Source of the DNA: a virus | Strand: one strand, 5' to 3' | DNA: 64,000 bases | Virus record (IMG/VR): IMGVR_UViG_3300048999_000191 | Part shown: positions 38,517 through 45,437 of the stretch, one piece after another | Layout: every line of letters begins with the position of its first letter | Numbering within the stretch: position 1 is the first letter of the stretch | Made by a program: the position numbers and the translations under genes | Notes under the pieces: generated by a model | Told to the model about the DNA's origin: nothing | Databases searched by the model: none | The model's input: the letters and a program-made list of their open reading frames with translations, nothing else

Positions 38517-38758
38517 GATCGGCCTCCTCTCAGGCCTTGGTACGAAGTGAAACGGAATGGAATGCTCTGGAACAGCGGATTACCGCTGGACTTCGCCACG
38601 GTCGACGACCGCCGACATCGTGTTGAGTGCGTTCTGGGCCTCGTCGAGCAGGTCGGTCTTGCTCAGGTCCTGTCCCACCATGGCGGGGTCGAAGACGAAC
38701 TTCACCGGGACGGTGATCTCGTACAGGCCATGTTCGTTCTTCGGGGCGGTCATCGTGG

Positions 38759-38819
38759 CCTCCAGTGCGGCGTGGCCGGTGTACTGATCACAGTACCCGA
38801 ATGGGTAGGGTAGGCGCAA
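38759..38819 (-). promoter_or_regulatory. Cassette element copy 21
   Basis: TTGCGC-18-TACTGT; palindrome 38793-38808; CCGCACTGGAGG; two genes upstream of whiB. Confidence 0.8.
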
Positions 38820-39482
38820 CCCCCTACTTCCGGCGGCGCTTCCGGCGCCAGCGCCGGAACAACGGCTCGAAGCCGAGCCAGAGGAATGCCACGCCCGCGA
38901 CCGCAGCGCCGGACACGCCGACGTAGCCCAGCGTGGTCACGAGGCCAGCTCGCGCAGCTCGGTCAGCACGTCCTCGGGGATGACCTCGGTCAGGCCGAGC
39001 ATGTCGGCCAGCTCCAGGTAGTCCTCCGGATCGGTGGAGAGCCGCAGGAGGTTCCTGGCCGCCTGCACCCGCTCCCCGCGCCGGTAGGCCTGCTCGGCCT
39101 CGCGCATCTCGACGTCGGTCTTGCCGAGCCGGGTGGTCAGCGGGTTCCAGGTGCCGTTGTTGGTGATCGTGCTGCGCATCAGGCGGCCACCTCCTCGATG
39201 TCGGTGTGGATGACCCCGGTGGCCTCGAAGCCGCCGCGCTCGTCGAAGGGCTCGCCGTGCCAGCCGCGCTGCCAGGCGCGGTAGGAGACGGTGGTCGGGT
39301 GGTAGGGGTTGTCCAGGTCGGGCTGGGCTTCCAGGTGGGCGGTGTCGCCCTGGCGCCAGGCCAGGTAGGTCTGCTCGGTACGCGGAATGGCACTCATCTC
39401 CGCTCCCTTCGGTGTGGGAATGGAGCAACCCCTACCCGGCGGCCCTAGGGCATCCGCCGGGCGGGGGTTGCTGGCTCTTCAT

Positions 39483-39848
39483 CTATTGACGGTGCTTGAG
39501 AGGGCCAACGGACCGCTCGAAGGCATCCAGCACCGGCGCCGGGATCTTGCCCCGGCTGCTGACCCTCATCCCCTGCTGGGCGGCCCAGGCGCGGACGTCG
39601 GCCAGCTCGGCGCGCTTGGCCTGCGCCGGAGTCATGTCCCGGCGGGTCTCCACGTCGATCAGCGGCCGGGCCGCCGTGACGTACTCGATCAGCGCCGCGC
39701 GCAGGTCCTTCGCGTTGCGGTCGGAGAGGTCGATGACGTAGCTCGTGCCGTCGATGCCGAAGACGATCTCCTCGTCCGCCGCGACATCGAGGTTGCCGCG
39801 CTGGCGCTCCAGGTCGTCGACCCGGCGACGGATCACTTGTTCCGCCAT
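39483..39848 (-). CDS. lsr2: Lsr2 nucleoid-associated protein
   Basis: VDDL...FGIDG.SY.IDLS..NA..LR; VRAWA...G..VSSRGKIP. Confidence 0.93.
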   Translation of the reverse strand: MAEQVIRRRVDDLERQRGNLDVAADEEIVFGIDGTSYVIDLSDRNAKDLRAALIEYVTAARPLIDVETRRDMTPAQAKRAELADVRAWAAQQGMRVSSRGKIPAPVLDAFERSVGPLKHRQ

Positions 39849-39960
39849 TACGGCCTCCCTTTCCGTCGGATTCTGCTGGACATTGCGCAGAGTTCTGAGG
39901 GTATTCAAGCGTATATCACTCACCTCTTTCGATCAATAAGTGCGAGACTTCGATACGAGA

Positions 39961-39992
39961 AGAGCCGGGAGAGCGGTGGCTCTCCCGGCTCT
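39961..39992 (-). terminator. stem-loop terminator
   Basis: AGAGCCGGGAGAGC-GGTG-GCTCTCCCGGCTCT. Confidence 0.7.
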
Positions 39993-39997
39993 GTTGC

Positions 39998-40564
39998 TCA
40001 GAATTTGCTTGCGCAAACGGGGCCAATACCCCTGGCGCGGGACTCCTCGTTGGTCAGCGTCCGGTGGCAGACCCCGCAAACACCCAGCTCCTTGCCGTAC
40101 CGGATCGCGGCGGCCTTCGGGTCCTTTTCGATCTTGGCCAGCACGCTCTTGGCGGTCGGCCAGGGCAGCTTGTGCAGCTCGTCGGAGGCCTGGAGCGAGA
40201 CGGTGTAGAAGCCCTTGGGCGAGACCTCGACCTGGTAGAAGGCCAGGTGGCCTTCGTCGGTGTTGACGGCGTAGCTGCCGTCGATCACCTGGGGGCGCGG
40301 CGGGACGGGCTCGACGACCCGGGTGGCGATCGCGAGGTCGCGCAGGTGGCCACGCTCGATCTTGAGCAGGTCGATCTGAACGGAGGCGTGGGAGAAGGTG
40401 AGCAGGCCCGCGTCGTCGGCGACCCGCATCTGCTCCCACAGCTCGACGCCGCGCGAGCGGTTGTAGGCCGCGATCTGCGTGATCAGGTCCCGCAGGAACT
40501 TCAGCTGGCCCTCGGTGCGCTGGCGGGGCTGGTTGCGGGGGATGTTCGAGATCGTCGCGTTCAT
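39998..40564 (-). CDS. DUF6011-like Zn-finger protein
   Basis: CGVCHRTLT...SRARGIGPVC. Confidence 0.8.
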   Translation of the reverse strand: MNATISNIPRNQPRQRTEGQLKFLRDLITQIAAYNRSRGVELWEQMRVADDAGLLTFSHASVQIDLLKIERGHLRDLAIATRVVEPVPPRPQVIDGSYAVNTDEGHLAFYQVEVSPKGFYTVSLQASDELHKLPWPTAKSVLAKIEKDPKAAAIRYGKELGVCGVCHRTLTNEESRARGIGPVCASKF

Positions 40565-40569
40565 CTCTG

Positions 40570-40631
40570 CCTCCGGTGCGGCTCTCGTGCTGACGAGATG
40601 AACACTACCCGTTCGGGTAGGGTGACGTCAA
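40570..40631 (-). promoter_or_regulatory. Cassette element copy 22
   Basis: TTGACG-18-TAGTGT; palindrome 40605-40620; CCGCACCGGAGG. Confidence 0.87.
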
Positions 40632-41059
40632 CCCTCGTCCTCGGCCTCGATGATGATGATCGCGTTCGGCAGAGGCAGGAGGGCGCGGTCGATCTCCTTG
40701 ATCAGGAAGCCGTCCGGCTCGATGCCCTGCTCGCGGCACACGCGGTTCTGAACGACGTCCACCCAGACCCAGAAGGCGGCCCAGTCGACGCGCTGGCGGC
40801 CGAAGGCGGCCCGGGGAAGCTGGAGCCCCGCCAGCCACGGGTGCTGCCGGTGCAGCTCCTCGCGGAGGCACTCGACCACCGGCGGCGGGTAGAAAGTTAG
40901 CGCGGGCAGCCCGATGCCCGAGATCCGCCACATCAGCGGCAGCAGGCCCTGGTTCTCGGGGATGTCCAGCCGGGCGCGCACGTGCAGGCTGAGCAGGTCG
41001 ACGAAGTGGAACCTCTCCGGGATGTCGAAGAGGCTCACTCCGCCGCCGGGCTCGCTCAT
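40628..41059 (-). CDS. hypothetical protein
   Basis: 143-aa coupled ORF. Confidence 0.6.
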   Translation of the reverse strand: MSEPGGGVSLFDIPERFHFVDLLSLHVRARLDIPENQGLLPLMWRISGIGLPALTFYPPPVVECLREELHRQHPWLAGLQLPRAAFGRQRVDWAAFWVWVDVVQNRVCREQGIEPDGFLIKEIDRALLPLPNAIIIIEAEDEG

Positions 41060-41420
41060 GACGCTGGCGGAGTCGCGAAATCTTCGAGGTCGATGCCCGG
41101 CGGCGGGGCGAAGCCGTTGCCGATCTCGGCGACCTTCTGCCGGAAGTTGCCCAGCAGGTCCTTGACGGTCTCACGCGCGTAGGCCTCGTCCACACCCGCC
41201 GAGATGAAGACCGTGTTGGCCAGCCGCTGGAGGCCGTTGCCGGTCGGGATCTCGGCGTAGAGCACCAGCGAGCTGACCATCCGCTCCTTCTCCGTCGGGT
41301 GCGGGAGAGTGCACAAGCCCAGCTCCCAGCGGACGTCGAGTCCCGGGCCGTGCTCGGCGAAGGCCTCCTCGAACCACGGCTCGACGGTCGCGAACAGCCG
41401 CTGGGGGCCAGACGTGGCGG

Positions 41421-41774
41421 TCATTCGCCCTCCTCGGGGATCAGGTCGAGCAGCTTGAACATGTCGTCGAAGGACAGCCGGACGTACCCGCGCCCGTCCT
41501 TCGTCGGCGCCACCTTCTCCGGCGTGACGCCGAACTCCTCCAGCTCCTGCGTGAGCTGGAGGGTCTCCAGGAACATCTCGCGGTTGCGCTCGGTGTTCGG
41601 GATGTGGTTCTGCTCGAAGTCGTAGAGCATTTTCTGGTAGACGTCCGGAGGCATGTCCTCCGGGAGCTTCAGGTCCAGGAAGTCGGTCTCGGAGATCAGC
41701 CGGGCCACCTTGCGTTCGAACTGCCAGTCCCGGGCTGCGGGATCGTAGCGAGCGCTCACCTTCGAATACGGCAT
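41421..41774 (-). CDS. hypothetical protein
   Basis: Leader CCGCACTGGAGG at 41785-41796 but no palindrome. Confidence 0.7.
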   Translation of the reverse strand: MPYSKVSARYDPAARDWQFERKVARLISETDFLDLKLPEDMPPDVYQKMLYDFEQNHIPNTERNREMFLETLQLTQELEEFGVTPEKVAPTKDGRGYVRLSFDDMFKLLDLIPEEGE

Positions 41775-41850
41775 TTCCCTCGCTCCTCCAGTGCGGATCG
41801 GTTGGCCTCATGGTCTCATACCGTTGGCCGCCCGCCAGCATCTGTGATGA

Positions 41851-43548
41851 TCACCGGGCTGGAGCCGGGCTGTTACTCCAGTCTGCCGGAGCGGCGAGGG
41901 AACCGGGGTCTTCCGTGGCCCGGCGGTGACAGTCGAAGAGCTTTTGCATCAAGCCTTTCTGGTCTAGTGCTTTATCGATCACATTGCGTGGATCCCACCA
42001 GCCCTCGCCGTTCGGGCCGAAGGCGTCGGAGCGGTTGACGTGCACGAACTCCCAGAGGGCCGCACCGTTCTGGGTCCGGTAGGGCTCCGGCATGGCCAGG
42101 ATGCCCTCGGCTGCTTCGACCATGCCCCGGACCTCCTCGGCCAGCCCCGGACCCTCGGGGAAACTGGCCATGGACCAGCCCGGCAGGTCCGGCGGCTTCA
42201 CGATCCACTCGTCGCCTGCCACGTCGTAGGCCGCGTAGGGCCGGATCTCGGCGATGTCCCAACCCTGGAGGTTGCAGAACCAGGTCTCGTCAAACGTGCC
42301 CGGCACGCCGGGGAAGACGTGCTGCGGATCGTTCAGCTCGGCGTGCAGCTGCTGGGTGAACTCGGCCGCGATGATCTCGTCGGCGATCCCGTCGAAACCG
42401 GGCACGGCAGCCCGCAGCGTCGAGTAGTGGAGCCCGATCGAGAGATCGAAGTCGCCATTGCCGACGCGGGCGCGGCTGGTCCAATTGCTCGCCTCTGATC
42501 CAAAGAAAACGATCTTCGCCCAGCTGGCCCAGCCCTTGTAGCCATGTCGGCGGCAGAAGTCATCGAACTGCGTGATGACGTCCATCCGGATCGAATCGCG
42601 CAGGCAGTCGTCCTCGTCGAAAAGCCGGGTGTCCAGGCCATAGGTCGGACCGAACAGACGGTCTCGGGGAGCGGTGTAGCGCGCCGTGATGGTGGTGCCG
42701 TCGGGTCGCTTCGGCAGACGACCGAGGTCCACCAGGTCCGAGACCGAGTAGTGTGCGAGGTCACCTTCATGGCTGATCGAGCCGTCAGCGTGTTGCCAAC
42801 CGTCCTGGGGGTCGTACGCCATCGGCAGCCCGCAGGGGCAGCGAGGCTGCTCCTGGGCGGCGTACCGGGGTATCCTGGCCAGCTCGTGCTCGGGTACCTC
42901 ACGCAGTACCCGGAACCCGTGCGGGCTCATCATGTCGGCGTCGTAACGAGGCTCGTTGACGTCCTCTTCCAGGGCGTGCTCTGGGCCGTTGTGCCTGACC
43001 TCGTAGACGCGCGGACGGCCGCCGGTGTCGACAGAGGACATCTCGGCATAGCTGCGCGCCATCTGCGGGTCGTGCGTCGCGTAGGCCCGGTCGGTCCGGG
43101 TCAGGCCGGTGGACACTTCTCCCTGGCCGTGCCGATCGGCGGGCACCACGCTGGTGAGATCGCGCGAGGTTCCGTGGTAGAGCGGCCGAGCCGCCGCCCT
43201 AAAATCCAGGCGGCTCCCGAGAGTCCGGCCGCGCGAGACGGACTTGCCTCGGGTGTAGCTGTTCCACCAGGCCTGCCCCTCATCCGTCCGGTCGCCGTGG
43301 TCAATCGGCGTGCGGGGGTGGCGTTCCTGGAGGTGATCCATCATCTGGCCGCCGTAGCCGTTGCCCTGGTGCTGGGGCTCGACCTCCAGCCGATCGATCT
43401 GGATCTTGTCCTTGGAGCGGCGCGGCGTTCGGTACTTCAGGAAGCCCACTCGCTCGCCGGTCTCCGGGTGGACGCCGTGGATGGTGTGGCTGCTCGGCCA
43501 CGTCGAGCCGCCGTTTTCCCGCTCTTCGTGGTGGAAGTCCAGATCCAC
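41851..43548 (-). CDS. multidomain protein: GNAT acetyltransferase + Arr-like ADP-ribosyltransferase + Pol-beta-type nucleotidyltransferase
   Basis: LEVEPQHQGNGYG; LYHGT...AYAT...GRPRVYEV; FFGSEAS...GDFDL. Confidence 0.75.
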   Translation of the reverse strand: MDLDFHHEERENGGSTWPSSHTIHGVHPETGERVGFLKYRTPRRSKDKIQIDRLEVEPQHQGNGYGGQMMDHLQERHPRTPIDHGDRTDEGQAWWNSYTRGKSVSRGRTLGSRLDFRAAARPLYHGTSRDLTSVVPADRHGQGEVSTGLTRTDRAYATHDPQMARSYAEMSSVDTGGRPRVYEVRHNGPEHALEEDVNEPRYDADMMSPHGFRVLREVPEHELARIPRYAAQEQPRCPCGLPMAYDPQDGWQHADGSISHEGDLAHYSVSDLVDLGRLPKRPDGTTITARYTAPRDRLFGPTYGLDTRLFDEDDCLRDSIRMDVITQFDDFCRRHGYKGWASWAKIVFFGSEASNWTSRARVGNGDFDLSIGLHYSTLRAAVPGFDGIADEIIAAEFTQQLHAELNDPQHVFPGVPGTFDETWFCNLQGWDIAEIRPYAAYDVAGDEWIVKPPDLPGWSMASFPEGPGLAEEVRGMVEAAEGILAMPEPYRTQNGAALWEFVHVNRSDAFGPNGEGWWDPRNVIDKALDQKGLMQKLFDCHRRATEDPGSLAAPADWSNSPAPAR

Positions 43549-43582
43549 AGAATCCTCCTCGGGTTCGCTCGTTGGGGAGCGA

Positions 43583-44191
43583 TCAGTCGCGGCTGAACAG
43601 CCAGATCAGCAGGACGGTGGCGCCCAGGGTGACCACGTTGGCGATCAAGCGCTGGCGGCGCTTGCGCTTCTCCTCGTCGGAGACGAACACGTCGAAGCGG
43701 ATGTCGGTCAGCTTCTCGTAGCGCGGCAGCACCATACGGTTCAGCGCGTGCCGGTAGGCCACCACGATGAAGGGCAGCGCGACCCAGATCCAGGGGATCA
43801 CGTCCGGCGCCAGCCCGAGCAGCATCAGCGAGAGGAAGGCGAACATGCCGGTGGCGTAGTGCACCCGCTTGACCGACGCTCGGCGGGCCTCACCGCGCCA
43901 GTTCGCGTGCATGACGCGCTCGTTCTCCCGGCGGACCAGGTCGATGTCGGGCATGCCATAGAGCCGGTCGTCGCGGGTGTCGCGGTACCAGTAGACGCCG
44001 TCGCTGACGTCGATCTGCACCAGGTACTTGCGGGCGTCGGACTCGCGCTGCGGGTAGCTCAGGGCCCAGACGTCCCAGGCCGGGCCGATCTGGTCGTCGT
44101 AGGTGACGTCGAACTCGACGTCCTCGGCCGGGGGCTGCTCGCGGTAGTCACGGCGGACCTCTTCCCAGCTCAGGGGCTCGAAGTCGGTCAT
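43583..44191 (-). CDS. membrane protein
   Basis: Three hydrophobic segments; behind element copy 23. Confidence 0.75.
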   Translation of the reverse strand: MTDFEPLSWEEVRRDYREQPPAEDVEFDVTYDDQIGPAWDVWALSYPQRESDARKYLVQIDVSDGVYWYRDTRDDRLYGMPDIDLVRRENERVMHANWRGEARRASVKRVHYATGMFAFLSLMLLGLAPDVIPWIWVALPFIVVAYRHALNRMVLPRYEKLTDIRFDVFVSDEEKRKRRQRLIANVVTLGATVLLIWLFSRD

Positions 44192-44196
44192 GGCAG

Positions 44197-44253
44197 CCTC
44201 CAGGTGGTGGACGGAACACCACTCATACTACCCAAATGGGTAGGGTAAGTCAA
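44197..44253 (-). promoter_or_regulatory. Cassette element copy 23
   Basis: TTGACT-17-TAGTAT; palindrome 44228-44243; variant leader CCACCACCTGGAGG. Confidence 0.82.
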
Positions 44254-44564
44254 CGAGGCATCCGGACACCGGCGCGCTGGTGCGTCCGCTCGAAGGCCGA
44301 CCGGCTCATCCCGAGCTTGGTGATGATCTCCATCCGCTTCAGGCCCTGCTCGGCAAGGAAGGCGGCATCTTCGATGACCTCGGCGGCGCGGCGGTAGACC
44401 CTCGGGTACTGGTCCAGCTGGCCGAAGTGCCGGGCGTGGGCGAAGCAGCGGCGGCAGAGGTGCCGGGACTTGTGCACGACGAAGCCCGGGGGCGGTCGAG
44501 TTTCGACCGTCCCCGGGACCATCGGCCAGTCGCACCTCTTGCAAGGCGGCAGGCTGGATTTCAC
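44250..44564 (-). CDS. Zn-finger plus HTH protein
   Basis: CKRC...H..CRRC; EIITKLGMSRSAFER. Confidence 0.65.
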   Translation of the reverse strand: MKSSLPPCKRCDWPMVPGTVETRPPPGFVVHKSRHLCRRCFAHARHFGQLDQYPRVYRRAAEVIEDAAFLAEQGLKRMEIITKLGMSRSAFERTHQRAGVRMPR

Positions 44565-44774
44565 TCGCTCGGCGCCTCGGCCTGGACCGCGTAGCGCTCG
44601 TCGAGTGCTTCCGCCACGAGGTCGAGCAGCTCCGCACGCTGAGCCGCACGGACGGAGCGACGGCTCTTGGCCTTCACCCCGGCCGGGGCCGAGGCCAGGC
44701 AGTCGATCTTGTAGTGGCAGCTGTGGCGAGCAACGCGGTCCCGGCGCGGGGTAACGGTGACGTCCATGACTTTG

Positions 44775-44836
44775 CCTCCAGTGCGGCGGTGTTCCTTGAC
44801 CTCTCTCACACTACCCAACCGGGTAGTGTGTGTCAA
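44775..44836 (-). promoter_or_regulatory. Cassette element copy 24
   Basis: TTGACA-17-TAGTGT; palindrome 44811-44826; CCGCACTGGAGG. Confidence 0.87.
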
Positions 44837-44900
44837 GGCTGATCTTCATCCGCTGATAGGTAGTTGAACTTACCTAGCAACACTGTTCTAAACTTCTCGC

Positions 44901-45437
44901 ATGCCACGACGGATCTTCACCGCAGAAGAGCGCTATCTTGCGAAGGTAGACAAGTCAGCTGGACCAGATAAGTGCTGGCCATGGACCGGTCACCGGCTCA
45001 AGAAGGGGTACGGGCTGTTCTGGGATGGAACGCGCAATGCCAGCGGGAACAACCACCTTGTAGTCGCAAGTAGGTGGGGTTACGAACATTTCGTCGCCCC
45101 GATCCCGGCAGGGCTCTTCGTACTGCATCGATGCGACAGCCCTCCTTGCCAGAACCCAAAGTGCTGGTTCCTTGGCACTAACCAGGACAACGTCAACGAT
45201 CGAGTGATCAAAGGGCGCGGTGCCAAGGGCGAGCGCAGTGCCTTCAAGCTTCACCCCGAGCTATATCGAGGCGAGAACCACTACAAGGCGACTCTGACCG
45301 AAGACGATGTCCGCGAGATCCGTAGGCGCTACGCGGCTGGCGGGATCACCCAGCAGGCGCTAGGTGATGAATTCGGGCTCCACAACGTCACCATTTCCAA
45401 GATCATCACCAAGCAGCGCTGGGCTCACGTCGACTAA
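44901..45437 (+). CDS. HNH homing endonuclease with C-terminal HTH
   Basis: CWPWTG, VLHRCDSPPCQNP...GTNQDNVND, LTEDDVREIR; lower GC, opposite strand. Confidence 0.9.
   Translation: MPRRIFTAEERYLAKVDKSAGPDKCWPWTGHRLKKGYGLFWDGTRNASGNNHLVVASRWGYEHFVAPIPAGLFVLHRCDSPPCQNPKCWFLGTNQDNVNDRVIKGRGAKGERSAFKLHPELYRGENHYKATLTEDDVREIRRRYAAGGITQQALGDEFGLHNVTISKIITKQRWAHVD

Noticed and set aside
39405-39470. A 25th cassette element
   Set aside because: It has a leader variant and one CTACCC half site, but the other half is replaced by a different GC hairpin, so it was not counted.
42880-43190. Bona fide rifampicin-resistance arr gene
   Set aside because: Only an Arr-like domain within a larger fusion; the substrate cannot be inferred from sequence.
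390-44836. Repeated palindromes as a CRISPR array
   Set aside because: Spacing is 0.35-10 kb and contains whole genes; copies are degenerate and coincide with promoter hexamers; no cas operon is present.
390-44836. Palindrome as a host LexA/SOS box or canonical parS
   Set aside because: It matches neither the actinobacterial SOS box (TCGAAC-N4-GTTCGA) nor canonical parS (GTTTCACGTGAAAC).
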